The position numbers and the translations under genes are program-made. Below the pieces are notes generated by a model that saw only the letters and a list, made by a program, of their open reading frames with translations, did no database searches and was not told the origin of the DNA. This document shows positions 15,314 to 24,910 of a DNA stretch of 64,000 bases, in pieces; the first letter of the stretch is position 1; every line of letters begins with the position of its first letter. Source of the stretch: a virus (taxonomy: Duplodnaviria > Caudoviricetes); the IMG/VR virus record IMGVR_UViG_3300030419_006251, positions 1 through 64,000 of that record; one strand, written 5' to 3'.

Positions 15314-16885
15314 CTAATCAACCTGAATTATTGCATGTCCGGTCGTAATAAGAGTGCCGGCGACAGAAACTGCATTCTGGAGTGCTGAACGGGTAACTTT
15401 CACCGGATCAATAATTCCAGATTGAAACATGTTTGCAACTTCTCCCGTTGAAAAGTTGTATCCCTCAAATTCTGAAAGGTTTAATATCTTGTCCTGAAGT
15501 ATATCTGCTGATTCGCCGGCATTATCAGCCATTTGTCTAAATGGTGCACACACCGCCCTCTTAATGATCTCCACGCCCAAACCTTGTTGTTCATTGCTGG
15601 TTTCAACCTGTACATCCGCTCCTACCCTAATGAGAGCAATTCCCCCTCCAGGAACAATGCCCTCCTGTTGTGCAGATTTGACCGCCTCTAGAGCGTCTTC
15701 GATACGATGCTTTTTCTCTATCATTTCTACTTCCGTGGCGGCGCCGACATGTATAATAGCTACCCCGGAAGCCAGTCTGGTTATCCTTTCTTGAATTCTC
15801 TCGCACTCATAAAGCGAATCAGTTGCAGATAGCTCGTTTTTTAATTGTTGAATGCGAACTTCAACTTGCTCGTAATCCCCATGGCCTCCAACAATAGTGG
15901 TGCGATTTTTGCCAATCTCAATGGTTCTGCATTGGCCTAGGTGCTCAATTTTCACATCTCTCAGATTTAAATCCGTAGATTTCGTCACATATGTAGCGCC
16001 CGTTGAGAGTGCTAGGTCGCTCAGTATATTTCGACGCTCTTCCCCGTAACGAGGAGCCTTAATTGCTGCTACTTTAAGCGTACCTCTCATGGAATTCATA
16101 ATTAAAGCAGCCAACGCTTGTCCCTCTATGTTTTCCGCGACTAGAATTAAAGGTCGTGATTCTCTTGCGGTGACTTCCAACACAGGAAGAAGCTCTTCGA
16201 CACTATCGATTGTTCCATCGGCAACCAATACAAACGCGTTCTCATAGTTTGTCACGCCGCGGCGCTCATCAGTTATAAACGACGGAGATGCATACCCAGA
16301 ACCAAATTGAAACCCCTCAACCACATCTAGGGAAGTCTCTAAGGAGCGTGCCTCTTCGATTGAGATGGCGCCGTCTTTTCCAACAAGGTCAACAGCTTTT
16401 GCAATTAGCTTTCCTATACCTTCGTCACCATTCGCAGAAATTGTGGCGATATGTTCTATGTCTTCAACGCTTGAAATCGGTTTTGCTATGTTGTGTAGCT
16501 TGTCAACAATAACGCCGACCGCCTTATCCATACCTCGCTTTAATTCAACCGGGCTGGCGCCGGCAGTCAAGTATGCTTGAGCTTGAGTTAGTACTGCCCT
16601 AGCCAATACCGTTGCGGTGGTTGTGCCATCGCCGGCCGTATTGTTTGTCTCTGCAGATGCTTGCTTAATAATTTCAGCACCAGCGTTTTGCATAGGGTCT
16701 TCTAATGTCACAAACTGTGCTACAGTAACGCCATCCTTTGTAATTATGGGCCGCTTGCCCTTCTCTTGTAATATAACATTGCGACCTTTTGGTCCCAGTG
16801 TTGCAGCAACATTGTCTGCTAATATATTAACACCATCTAAAATTCTCTGGTTTAAAGTTGAACCAGAGTCATATTTTTTTGTCAA
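15314..16885 (-). CDS. groEL: chaperonin GroEL (phage-encoded)
   Basis: 'TLGPKGRNV', 'ITKDGVTVA', 'AGDGTTTATVLA', 'IVPGGG', 'GIIDPVKV'; no GGM tail. Confidence 0.97.
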   Translation of the reverse strand: MTKKYDSGSTLNQRILDGVNILADNVAATLGPKGRNVILQEKGKRPIITKDGVTVAQFVTLEDPMQNAGAEIIKQASAETNNTAGDGTTTATVLARAVLTQAQAYLTAGASPVELKRGMDKAVGVIVDKLHNIAKPISSVEDIEHIATISANGDEGIGKLIAKAVDLVGKDGAISIEEARSLETSLDVVEGFQFGSGYASPSFITDERRGVTNYENAFVLVADGTIDSVEELLPVLEVTARESRPLILVAENIEGQALAALIMNSMRGTLKVAAIKAPRYGEERRNILSDLALSTGATYVTKSTDLNLRDVKIEHLGQCRTIEIGKNRTTIVGGHGDYEQVEVRIQQLKNELSATDSLYECERIQERITRLASGVAIIHVGAATEVEMIEKKHRIEDALEAVKSAQQEGIVPGGGIALIRVGADVQVETSNEQQGLGVEIIKRAVCAPFRQMADNAGESADILQDKILNLSEFEGYNFSTGEVANMFQSGIIDPVKVTRSALQNAVSVAGTLITTGHAIIQVD

Positions 16886-16902
16886 CTAACACCTCTCGTT
16901 AA

Positions 16903-18480
16903 TTATTCTTTGGCTGTTATAGCCTGTTGTTGTTCTAAATCTTTGGCTGCATATTCTTCCGCGCCAGCTTTGAGCACTCCTGCCGTCTCTGCGGCGGCAA
17001 GAGCCTGCGGCTTGTCACCGGCAACAAAATAAGCATTAATTTGCTGTGACAATGTTTGCACCTGTGCAAACATGTCAAAGATTTTCTGGTTAAGTACATC
17101 GGCATAGTTTTGCGCTAGCTCAACTACCGCTTGTTTACCAACATATATGATACCTACATAACCAAATCCATCCTTGTCATAGCCCTTTTCTTTATAATAG
17201 TTGGCGCTAATCACAAATTGCGTTTCGCCTGCGGCGCCGGTATAACCTGAAGTGAGAGCAATTAGTTGCCAAAACTTTTCCGGACTTTCTTGCAACGCTG
17301 CTTGTAGAAGTTCAACCGATTCTGCGTATGTTCGATACCCTTCGTGACCAACGGACCCGGCCGACTTGTTCCTAGGATCGCCGGGCGGGAGCACAACAGA
17401 AGGTTTATTTACACGCTCGCCAGTTTCTTTCCAAATTAAGTCAAGCTTGCTGCCTCGACCTTCGCGGTCGACCAATTCAAACTGTGCAATCAATTCTTTA
17501 ATGTATGTTGCATCAAAAGTTTTAATCATGTATGCGTATAATTTCTTCTGATCCGCCATAAGGCGTGCGACGACCTCATCTTCTAGAAATGCAACATTTT
17601 GCTCGTTTTCCATTTCGCCAGTCTGAGCAGGAGGATTCTCTAAATCAGCAGGTAGCAGTACAAGCGGTATATTGTGCTTGTGGCTCATGAGCGACTCAAA
17701 AAAGGTCTGCGCAGAAAAATCAAATTGAAAGAATCTAATGTGCTCTTTGCCTTCTAGTTTTTGGCCGGCCTCTTTTTCTCTAAATGATTTAAGAGCAACC
17801 ACATAGGTCATCTTGCCTTCGGCGCCGGCTTGTGCAACATATTGACCACTGCCCCTTTGTTGTTTTAAGCCGCCGGGATCAATAAAATGGTCGACCAAAT
17901 CCTTATAACTGCCATGTACATCGCCGGGCTTCTCAGTCAACAGCTTCAAGCTAATCGGATTGTCGTCTTTGTCAATTAAATCTTGAATTCCCGCTGTTCC
18001 TGCTGGAACCTGCTCGCCGGATAGGAGTGCCGATAGGAAACCTTCAAATGTAAATCCGGCCGCCGATGCGTTGAAGTGGACCATAATATTTGTGAGTGTG
18101 TCTAACAGGACAATGTTTGTAAGGATTTCTGATATATCCTCTGTTTGCGGGGGATTCTCCAGAAAGTTGTTAATAAGTTTTATCTTTTCAGTCAGCGTGG
18201 TGCCGTGTTTAACTAGGCGGCCAAGCAAATTCTGGATAATTTCTCTGTCTTGAGAGCCCTCTTTCCCCCACATCTTCTCGGATATGCGAATGACTGGCAT
18301 TGTGACAGACAACTTCTTTTGTTCCGTTTCTGTTTCAACTGGTGACTCGTTTTGTTCCAAAAGAACATCCGAGGTAGATTCCATAATCTCTTCAACAAGA
18401 CGGAACATATCGTTGATATTCATTTTTTGTGCAGACGGCTCAAAATATTCGTTTAATAAATTTTGTAGTTCTTTGTCCAT
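16903..18480 (-). CDS. late hypothetical protein, possible PD-(D/E)xK nuclease-like domain
   Basis: 525 aa; 'GFTFEGFL...IQDL...ISLKLL'; N-terminal L/I-x-E sites (LLNE, IMES, LLEQ). Confidence 0.55.
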   Translation of the reverse strand: MDKELQNLLNEYFEPSAQKMNINDMFRLVEEIMESTSDVLLEQNESPVETETEQKKLSVTMPVIRISEKMWGKEGSQDREIIQNLLGRLVKHGTTLTEKIKLINNFLENPPQTEDISEILTNIVLLDTLTNIMVHFNASAAGFTFEGFLSALLSGEQVPAGTAGIQDLIDKDDNPISLKLLTEKPGDVHGSYKDLVDHFIDPGGLKQQRGSGQYVAQAGAEGKMTYVVALKSFREKEAGQKLEGKEHIRFFQFDFSAQTFFESLMSHKHNIPLVLLPADLENPPAQTGEMENEQNVAFLEDEVVARLMADQKKLYAYMIKTFDATYIKELIAQFELVDREGRGSKLDLIWKETGERVNKPSVVLPPGDPRNKSAGSVGHEGYRTYAESVELLQAALQESPEKFWQLIALTSGYTGAAGETQFVISANYYKEKGYDKDGFGYVGIIYVGKQAVVELAQNYADVLNQKIFDMFAQVQTLSQQINAYFVAGDKPQALAAAETAGVLKAGAEEYAAKDLEQQQAITAKE

Positions 18481-18488
18481 GTCGATAA

Positions 18489-18496
18489 TAATTAGT
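18489..18496 (-). promoter_or_regulatory. putative late-promoter motif ACTAATTA
   Basis: In the 18-nt gap between the endolysin stop and the 525-aa ATG. Confidence 0.5.
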
Positions 18497-18498
18497 CT

Positions 18499-19428
18499 CT
18501 AATCTTTGAGTTCGTCTAAAAGAGTTGGCAAATCTAGGCCTGCACAGTCAATTTTTCTTTTAGTGAAATTGTAGTGGTTGCAGAATCCTTTGAACTTGCC
18601 ACGATCGCAGTCTTTGTGTACTCCCGTTTCGACATATCCTGTTTTTGAGTTTTTTGGATACTCCAGCGGGATGCCCAAGCCTTTGTGTATAGCATACCAC
18701 AATGCCTGCAAAGCTTTAATTTGTATAGGATAAAAATCCAAAAATGGATCCAGCTTTTTACCATGTACCCAGGCGTGCTCTTGGATTGGCCTTTCGCCGA
18801 AGCCCTTCTTCTTATACCAGTCTTGATATTTGGTATAATATCCATTGCTGATTTCAACGCCTATGCCTTTTTTGTTACCGTGTGTGTGACCTGCGTGCCA
18901 TGCAGCGTGTTGAGTGTCGAGCATTTGATAAATTGTGCCGTCGTTGTCGATTAGAAAATGTACAGAAACACCTCTCCTGTTGAGCACTTTTGCGCATGAT
19001 TCCGAAGATAAGCACACATCCCAATGATTGACAAACATTGTAGGCTTCCTATCTTCTTTGCCGCTATAATCGTAGTATGTTCCGTCCCGAGAAGCGAACC
19101 CGTCTGGATCGTCCCACAGCACCACCTTGGGCCAATCAATATCAATGAACCCTCCATTGTGTACAATGTGATTATCGTCGCGACACATCGTTTGGCCTAG
19201 GCGATACAGCGAATTTGTTGGAATATGCTCAGAGATGTTTGCTTCTCTCGCTGTCCATATCCTTCTGTATGTCATTGGGCCAACGAGGCCATCTGCTGTC
19301 AGATCGTGCGCCTTTTGCCATTTTTTAACCGCTTTTACTAGATCTTCGTCGTTATATTTCTCTCCAAACCAAGAAGGCGACCAGCCCAACTTAGCCGCAG
19401 AAGATTGATTATAAAAAACTTTATCCAT
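18499..19428 (-). CDS. endolysin: peptidoglycan-binding domain plus N-acetylmuramoyl-L-alanine amidase (Amidase_2)
   Basis: 'AVKKWQKAHDLTADGLVGPMT' (PG_binding_1-like); 'NHWD', 'SVHFLID', 'AWHAG', 'IGVEI', 'NHY...KIDC'. Confidence 0.88.
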   Translation of the reverse strand: MDKVFYNQSSAAKLGWSPSWFGEKYNDEDLVKAVKKWQKAHDLTADGLVGPMTYRRIWTAREANISEHIPTNSLYRLGQTMCRDDNHIVHNGGFIDIDWPKVVLWDDPDGFASRDGTYYDYSGKEDRKPTMFVNHWDVCLSSESCAKVLNRRGVSVHFLIDNDGTIYQMLDTQHAAWHAGHTHGNKKGIGVEISNGYYTKYQDWYKKKGFGERPIQEHAWVHGKKLDPFLDFYPIQIKALQALWYAIHKGLGIPLEYPKNSKTGYVETGVHKDCDRGKFKGFCNHYNFTKRKIDCAGLDLPTLLDELKD

Positions 19429-20048
19429 TATATAACCTCGTCGGCAATTCCATACTCAACTGCCTCTTCCGCCGTTAAGTATACATTAACCTTGCGCGCA
19501 ATCAGCTTCTTTAAAAACCTTTTTGTCATATCTGTTTCGGCAACCAGGGCATCGATGTAACGCTCCTGAAGCCAGCGAATTTCATCCATTTCATTCTCTA
19601 GGTTATGAATAGCGCCGATATGACCACCGGTAACACCGTGGATCATAAGTCTACAATTCTTTGCGATCTTTCTCTTGCCCTTGGTGCCGCCGGCCAACAA
19701 TAACACTCCAGCAGACATTACTTTACCAAGAGCCACAGGATGAATCTCGCAGCTTTCTCTAATTAATCGCATAGTGTCGTATATTGCGAACATATCGTGA
19801 GCGCTACCCCCCGAAGTTGATATTAAAAATTCAATTGGTTCATTATTCGCGCCATCACTTTGCAATGTAAAAGAGCTATTTCTCAAAAGCAACAGCGAGC
19901 CAATCAGCTCTGCCATCTTTTCTTCCTCCACATCGCCAAAAAGTCCGACGGCTCGTAGCTCGGATTCAGGTACTGGTACAAGAACTGTACCTTCTGGAAG
20001 CTCTTCTTGTTCGACTGCTTCTTCTTTTTCTTCTCTATTGAGTTTCAT
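19428..20048 (-). CDS. clpP: ClpP-family protease
   Basis: 'ISTSGGS', 'GKVMSAG' (catalytic Ser), 'RLMIHG' (His), 'YLTAEEAVEYGIADEVI'. Confidence 0.92.
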   Translation of the reverse strand: MKLNREEKEEAVEQEELPEGTVLVPVPESELRAVGLFGDVEEEKMAELIGSLLLLRNSSFTLQSDGANNEPIEFLISTSGGSAHDMFAIYDTMRLIRESCEIHPVALGKVMSAGVLLLAGGTKGKRKIAKNCRLMIHGVTGGHIGAIHNLENEMDEIRWLQERYIDALVAETDMTKRFLKKLIARKVNVYLTAEEAVEYGIADEVI

Positions 20049-20094
20049 TTACACCTCTATATGATATGATATTTGTTTTCGGTTAAGTTGTTAA

Positions 20095-20478
20095 TTACTT
20101 ATTCTTATTTTTGTATAATGTAGTCAGGTGAATCATCGCACTATCCCAATCGTGAAAATCCAAAGCATTTCTGTATCTAGCCGGATAGCTAGCTACAAAA
20201 TTGTCGATCGAAGTTTTTCTCCAGACAGACACTAGGTGCTCCTCAATGTTTAATTGAACCTTAAGTTGATTCTTGACTTCGTTTGGCAGTTCCGAATCGG
20301 ATATGAGTCTTTGTTTTGCCTCTCTCACGAAAGCTATGGACTCCGAAGTTGCGCCAAGCACTCTCAAGCAGTCAAATTCCGTCTGCTTTATCAAAAGATA
20401 TGATTGTGCAAAGGCCTTAAGATAGCTAAAGAGTCGAGCTATTAAGAAGCCACCAAATAGCCAAATTATATTTTCCAT
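20095..20478 (-). CDS. hypothetical protein with N-terminal hydrophobic anchor
   Basis: 127 aa, GGAG RBS. Confidence 0.65.
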   Translation of the reverse strand: MENIIWLFGGFLIARLFSYLKAFAQSYLLIKQTEFDCLRVLGATSESIAFVREAKQRLISDSELPNEVKNQLKVQLNIEEHLVSVWRKTSIDNFVASYPARYRNALDFHDWDSAMIHLTTLYKNKNK

Positions 20479-20495
20479 ACAAGCTCCATATAAAC

Positions 20496-20520
20496 GAAAA
20501 GCTGCAACAAGCAGCTTTTC
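20496..20520 (-). terminator. hairpin, probable intrinsic terminator
   Basis: GAAAAGCTGC-TTGTT-GCAGCTTTTC 10-bp stem followed by GTTT. Confidence 0.65.
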
Positions 20521-20532
20521 TTGTTCTATAAC

Positions 20533-20561
20533 ATTATAGCACTATCGCCGGCGAGTGTCAA
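20533..20561 (-). promoter_or_regulatory. consensus sigma70 promoter
   Basis: TTGACA-17 nt-TATAAT with TG extension, overlapping the stop of the 648-aa gene. Confidence 0.8.
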
Positions 20562-22488
20562 GTAATCTTGCAGCAACTCTGCGAGTTAATTTCTCGATTA
20601 AATCGTTTTGGCGCTGTAATTGCTCTTCCGTGGCTTCCTTTTCTTCTCCGGTGGCGCTTTGCTCTCCTCTGGTGTCGCCCGCACGGTAGGGGTGCATCTG
20701 GTCCACCACGGACGAGGTGCTTCTTTTTCGACCTCGATGGATCATATCTTGCGTGCGTTGTGCATCATCCTTGTCGGCCGATTCTTCAAGCGGAAGGCCG
20801 GAACTGTTGCCGCCCATGTGCTGACGAGAAGACTTGGCTTTGCCTCCTCCAGTGTGATGTTCGCCGGCGCTATCTTTATAATAGCCACCCTTCTCAAAAT
20901 CACGATTAGAGTTCGAACCCTTGTCGGCTAATCCTGCGCCGGAAAAGTCAGAGTGCGCACCTTCCTCGATGGTGTCATCGCCCTCATGGGTTTCGGCGTC
21001 CATGGGATGTGCAGATTTTGGTGGACTCAATCTCTCGCGAGCTTCTTCGGAAGAGTAAAATTGACCATCGTCGCCTCTGTAGAATTTCAGATCGCTTCCC
21101 CCTAGGGTGTCGCCGCCTACGCGAATCTCAGCCGCGTCGGTGCCTTGGAGACTCTCGGGGCCAATGTTCAACAAGTGGCCGCCGCCACCTCCGAAGAGCG
21201 ATCCGCCAAGACCCTGGGACTGACGGAGGTAGTGCTGGAACTCATCGCCACTGAGGCCCCGTTGACCACTCTCGAAACCGCTATAGTCGGTCCGCGGAAC
21301 TGGATCCACTGGGTTTCTCTCATTATAATCTGCCTGACTAGCATAACTTTCTCCGGACAACTCGTCTAAAAAGGTACCATCTGGCTGCAGCACCAAGCCT
21401 TGAGATTCAGAACCAAGTTCAGACGGCCATGCGCCTTCTTCGGTTCGAACGCCAGTGACTGGATCGGTGCCATACCAAGCGTCTCTCGCTCGCGGGTTAG
21501 TTAAAAAGTCCGGACTCATATCTTGATAAGCACCTTCAACATTACTCGATTGAAGCGCTTGGGCCATGGTCGGATCGTCTTGGTAGAGATACGGGTTGTC
21601 TGCTGGGCGGTCTCGGAAAAAGTCTCGCCGCTGGTCTGCCGTCATTGCGTCTACAGCTGCTCTTTCTTGTGCGCTGCGCCCTTGGCCTCGCGCTGCGCGG
21701 AATGCCCGTCGTGTAGGTCTCCCCTCTCGACCTCGAAGGCGAGGATCTGGCCTCGTTGTTGATGTTACTGTAGCCTGATTCTGCTCTTGCATGATTCTAG
21801 CTAAATGCTTGCGAACTTGCATGCGAAGAGCATCGTTCGAATTTCGGGGCTTTCTTTTAACCTCTAAAACGACCTGTTTTCGTGCAACAGGTCGGCTTCG
21901 TCGGCGCGAACTTACCGCCCTTGCTTTTCTACGGCCTTGGCCGTTACTCTTTTTTTTTACACCAGAGCGTCGACGGGGTTGTGCCGCCTCGCTCAAAAGA
22001 CCAGCCACTTGGCCACGAATATATCTACGAAGCTTAGCCTCTGCAGTCATGGCCAACTCATCTTCTGGGCCTTCATCGCCAGGAAGTTCGGCGCCTTGAT
22101 CCATACCAAGAGGCATATCTCCCATATCGGGCATACCTTCGGCATCGGCCATAGCAGATTCTTCGCCTTCCACATCGACCTGAAGTCCAGAAGCATCTTC
22201 AATTGCGTCAGCGATTTTTTGTACCAGCTTCTCTACAAAGCCGCGATCTGCTTCTCCGACAGCGCCACCTTCGCCGCCTTCGCCGCCGGGCATGCCGAGA
22301 TCTTCTGCTCCAAGATCGGCTGCCTCTCCGGGCATTCCAGCCATTGGATCTTCTTCCATGGCCTCCTCGTCATCCAGCTGTTCATTTAGCTTCAGATTTG
22401 ATATTAATCCTGGTGCGAGTGGTTCGATGTTCGCAAGCTTCATGAAATGACGAATTTGCGATTCTTTTAAAAGTGTTTTCTTGCTCAT
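20542..22488 (-). CDS. low-complexity acidic/Arg-rich protein, probable head core/internal or scaffold-like protein
   Basis: 'MSKKTLLKESQIRHFMKLANI'; many (L/I)xE sites; acidic, Arg-rich and Gly-rich blocks; ACTATTTA upstream. Confidence 0.6.
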   Translation of the reverse strand: MSKKTLLKESQIRHFMKLANIEPLAPGLISNLKLNEQLDDEEAMEEDPMAGMPGEAADLGAEDLGMPGGEGGEGGAVGEADRGFVEKLVQKIADAIEDASGLQVDVEGEESAMADAEGMPDMGDMPLGMDQGAELPGDEGPEDELAMTAEAKLRRYIRGQVAGLLSEAAQPRRRSGVKKKSNGQGRRKARAVSSRRRSRPVARKQVVLEVKRKPRNSNDALRMQVRKHLARIMQEQNQATVTSTTRPDPRLRGREGRPTRRAFRAARGQGRSAQERAAVDAMTADQRRDFFRDRPADNPYLYQDDPTMAQALQSSNVEGAYQDMSPDFLTNPRARDAWYGTDPVTGVRTEEGAWPSELGSESQGLVLQPDGTFLDELSGESYASQADYNERNPVDPVPRTDYSGFESGQRGLSGDEFQHYLRQSQGLGGSLFGGGGGHLLNIGPESLQGTDAAEIRVGGDTLGGSDLKFYRGDDGQFYSSEEARERLSPPKSAHPMDAETHEGDDTIEEGAHSDFSGAGLADKGSNSNRDFEKGGYYKDSAGEHHTGGGKAKSSRQHMGGNSSGLPLEESADKDDAQRTQDMIHRGRKRSTSSVVDQMHPYRAGDTRGEQSATGEEKEATEEQLQRQNDLIEKLTRRVAARLLDTRRR

Positions 22489-22526
22489 TTAAGTGGTCTC
22501 CTGGTATTAAAGCACGATGTCATAGA

Positions 22527-22534
22527 TAAATAGT
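22527..22534 (-). promoter_or_regulatory. putative late-promoter motif ACTATTTA
   Basis: In the 74-nt gap upstream of the 648-aa gene (AGGAG RBS follows). Confidence 0.55.
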
Positions 22535-22562
22535 CCTTAAAAATAGTAAATGCACATTTAAT

Positions 22563-22796
22563 TCAGTTATTGATCTTGGATTTGAGTTTTTTGAGGGCCT
22601 TCTTTTCTATTTGTTGAATCCTAACAAACGAGAGGCTTTCTCTTTCTGCGATTTGTCTTAGCGTCATATTACCATTTTTCTTTATAGCAATGTTGGTGCA
22701 ATTAAAATCTTCCTCGTAATCAATCCACATTCTGCACGATTTATTTGGGCAACCTACCTTATGCTTAATACATAGTTCTGCACATTCCTTTATCAT
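22563..22796 (-). CDS. small sigma70 region-4-like HTH protein with Cys-rich N-terminus
   Basis: 'MTLRQIAERESLSFVRIQQIEKKALKKLK' matches the sigma r4 pattern (TL.EIG..LG.S.ERVRQIE.KAL.KLR); five Cys in the N-half. Confidence 0.8.
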   Translation of the reverse strand: MIKECAELCIKHKVGCPNKSCRMWIDYEEDFNCTNIAIKKNGNMTLRQIAERESLSFVRIQQIEKKALKKLKSKINN

Positions 22797-22801
22797 CTTT
22801 T

Positions 22802-23116
22802 TTATTCTCTTTCTTCTGCAATTATATCAAATATATTATCAATCTCGGCCTCGTTAAAGCCAAATTTCTTTAGATTCTCTGCGGCTCCTCGCTCTTCTCT
22901 TGCCAGCATTGTACGCCGCGACTTGCTAACCTTAAGACTTTGGCGCGCGCTGGCAAACCATCGTAGGAAATCCGCATCATCATTAATGTAAGCCTCGATG
23001 ACAGAATTGAAAAACAAAGCTTGTGTTAAGCTGTCGCGATGAAGCTTAATTTTCAACTTTACCTTTGTATCTTCAAGTGTAGAAAACACAACCCTATCTA
23101 GCTCACTCTTGCTCAA
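22802..23116 (-). CDS. hypothetical protein, possible ribbon-helix-helix DNA-binding
   Basis: 'RVVFS' strand, then two helices 'EDTKVKLKIKLHRD' and 'LTQALFFNSVIEAYI'. Confidence 0.5.
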   Translation of the reverse strand: MSKSELDRVVFSTLEDTKVKLKIKLHRDSLTQALFFNSVIEAYINDDADFLRWFASARQSLKVSKSRRTMLAREERGAAENLKKFGFNEAEIDNIFDIIAEERE

Positions 23117-24138
23117 GTTGGGTACCTGCCTAATATGTGCGTACCGCTTTCACTTTGGCCGGCCGGGGTCTGTGTGATAAGTCTCACGCGGGCCTGAAAC
23201 TCTATAATGTTGCGTGCTCCCGAATACGACAAGCCCGATCTAATTCCCAATTCTAGCTGTTCAATTGTGTTCTTTGCCGGGCCCTTAGTGGGGACTACAG
23301 TGGAGACACCCTCTACGGAGGCGGTTCTTCCGCGCCAGTCTACCTGTGCTTCTTTGCTAGCCATCCCTCTATAAGCTTTAAAAGACTGGCCGCTCTTGTC
23401 GTACATGACCTCGCCCGGAGCTTCAGTGGTACCAGCCAACAATGAGCCGATCATTACAAAGTCGGCACCGCATGCAATTGCTTTAACAATATCGCCGCTA
23501 TTTTTAATACCACCATCGGCGATAATTTTTGCATCTCGATCGCTCTGACTACAATCCATGACGGACTGCAGCGTGGGGATCCCGTGGCCGGTTTGGACGC
23601 GTGTCGAACATATCGATCCGCCGCCGATGCCAACTCTAATAGAGTCCGCGCCCCAATCATTCAAATCATTAAAACCTTCTACTGTCGCGACATTGCCAGC
23701 CATAATGTGAAAAGAATCACCATGCTTATCTCGCAATGTCTTAAGCGCGCGTTCCATAAGAATATGATGGCCATGCGCAACATCAACACACAACAGTTGT
23801 GCGCCCATTGTTTTCGCCAACTCCGCCCTCATTAAATAATCATCGGATATTCCGATGGCGACTCCGATATTAATATCTGGGATGCGCTCTTTTGCATACA
23901 TAACTAGATTGGCTTGTTCGGCCGGAGTGTTATATCGGTGCAATATGGCCATGGCGCCGGCTTTGTGCATTGCCATTGCCATCGACACACTACTAACCGT
24001 GTCCATAGGGCTAGCAATTATAGGCGTATTCAACTGCACTTCTCCTAGAGAATTGCCGATATCAATTTGACTTCGACTTTCGATATTTGAATACTGCGGC
24101 TCTAACAGCACATCATCGTAACTTAACCCTTTTCGCAT
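23113..24138 (-). CDS. guaB: IMP dehydrogenase / GMP reductase family (no CBS domains)
   Basis: 'LSYDDVLL', 'SPMDTV', 'CVDVAHGH', '[11 protein letters not shown]' catalytic Cys, 'IADGGI', 'YRGMAS', 'EGV'. Confidence 0.9.
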   Translation of the reverse strand: MRKGLSYDDVLLEPQYSNIESRSQIDIGNSLGEVQLNTPIIASPMDTVSSVSMAMAMHKAGAMAILHRYNTPAEQANLVMYAKERIPDINIGVAIGISDDYLMRAELAKTMGAQLLCVDVAHGHHILMERALKTLRDKHGDSFHIMAGNVATVEGFNDLNDWGADSIRVGIGGGSICSTRVQTGHGIPTLQSVMDCSQSDRDAKIIADGGIKNSGDIVKAIACGADFVMIGSLLAGTTEAPGEVMYDKSGQSFKAYRGMASKEAQVDWRGRTASVEGVSTVVPTKGPAKNTIEQLELGIRSGLSYSGARNIIEFQARVRLITQTPAGQSESGTHILGRYPT

Positions 24139-24422
24139 TGCTCCTCCTTATTCTTCACTTTTTGCAAGGTCTCCATTATATCCGCCATCATTTCATGTGC
24201 GGATTCCCAACAAGACGGGCAATATAAGTTTACCCTGTTTTGCGACTCTCTCACCACCACATTCCAACTGCTCACCATTTCACGATCTGTCTTATCGAAT
24301 TCGGACTCGCACATGTAGCACTCATCTGGCAATTTATCGAACATCATCATCTTTTCGGCCAAGTCTTTGTTGCCTTTTTTCTTTTGCGCTTTGGCTATGG
24401 CTCTACGCTGTTTGCGGTTCAT
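24123..24422 (-). CDS. hypothetical Zn-ribbon protein
   Basis: 'MNRKQRR' start; CYMC and CPSC pairs. Confidence 0.7.
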   Translation of the reverse strand: MNRKQRRAIAKAQKKKGNKDLAEKMMMFDKLPDECYMCESEFDKTDREMVSSWNVVVRESQNRVNLYCPSCWESAHEMMADIMETLQKVKNKEEQCEKG

Positions 24423-24910
24423 GCCCTCTCCATAGAAAAAATTTTCGGCCGATTATCGCGGGGGCGATGTGACATACTATCAAACACTACCACCGCCGAT
24501 GGAAAGGGCGCGGAGTTCGAACTGTTACCAAACTTGAGTCGGCCCTTCACCAAGTGAATTTCTGAAGCGCGCATAACATACTTATGCCAATACTTGGTAT
24601 CCGTTCGCGCGGGAATCAGCATGACGACTCTTGTGTCTATATCCTGTGCTGATTCGTATCCTTTTTGAATCCACTTGTCAATTCCTCTTCCATACGGAGG
24701 ATTAACAAACGCAGTAAATCCGGTCCAGTCCTTGCTTAATCCATTTTCAGCCTCGGTAAAGAAATTGGCACACTTCGTATTATGAATACTGGCACACGGA
24801 TCTAAGTCAAACGGGCCAAAACGCCAGTTCAGCCTATCAAAAAATGCCTGCGGAGTTGACCAATTTCCTGTATTGCTGGAAAACATTGTTCTTTGAGTTT
24901 TCTTATTCAC
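24419..24910 (-). CDS. dam: phage-type DNA N6-adenine methyltransferase (Dam family)
   Basis: 'WSTPQ', 'FDLDPCAS', 'FVNPPYG', 'LIPARTDT', 'GRLKF', 'APFPSAVVVF'; start adjusted to GTG at 24910. Confidence 0.9.
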   Translation of the reverse strand: MNKKTQRTMFSSNTGNWSTPQAFFDRLNWRFGPFDLDPCASIHNTKCANFFTEAENGLSKDWTGFTAFVNPPYGRGIDKWIQKGYESAQDIDTRVVMLIPARTDTKYWHKYVMRASEIHLVKGRLKFGNSSNSAPFPSAVVVFDSMSHRPRDNRPKIFSMERA

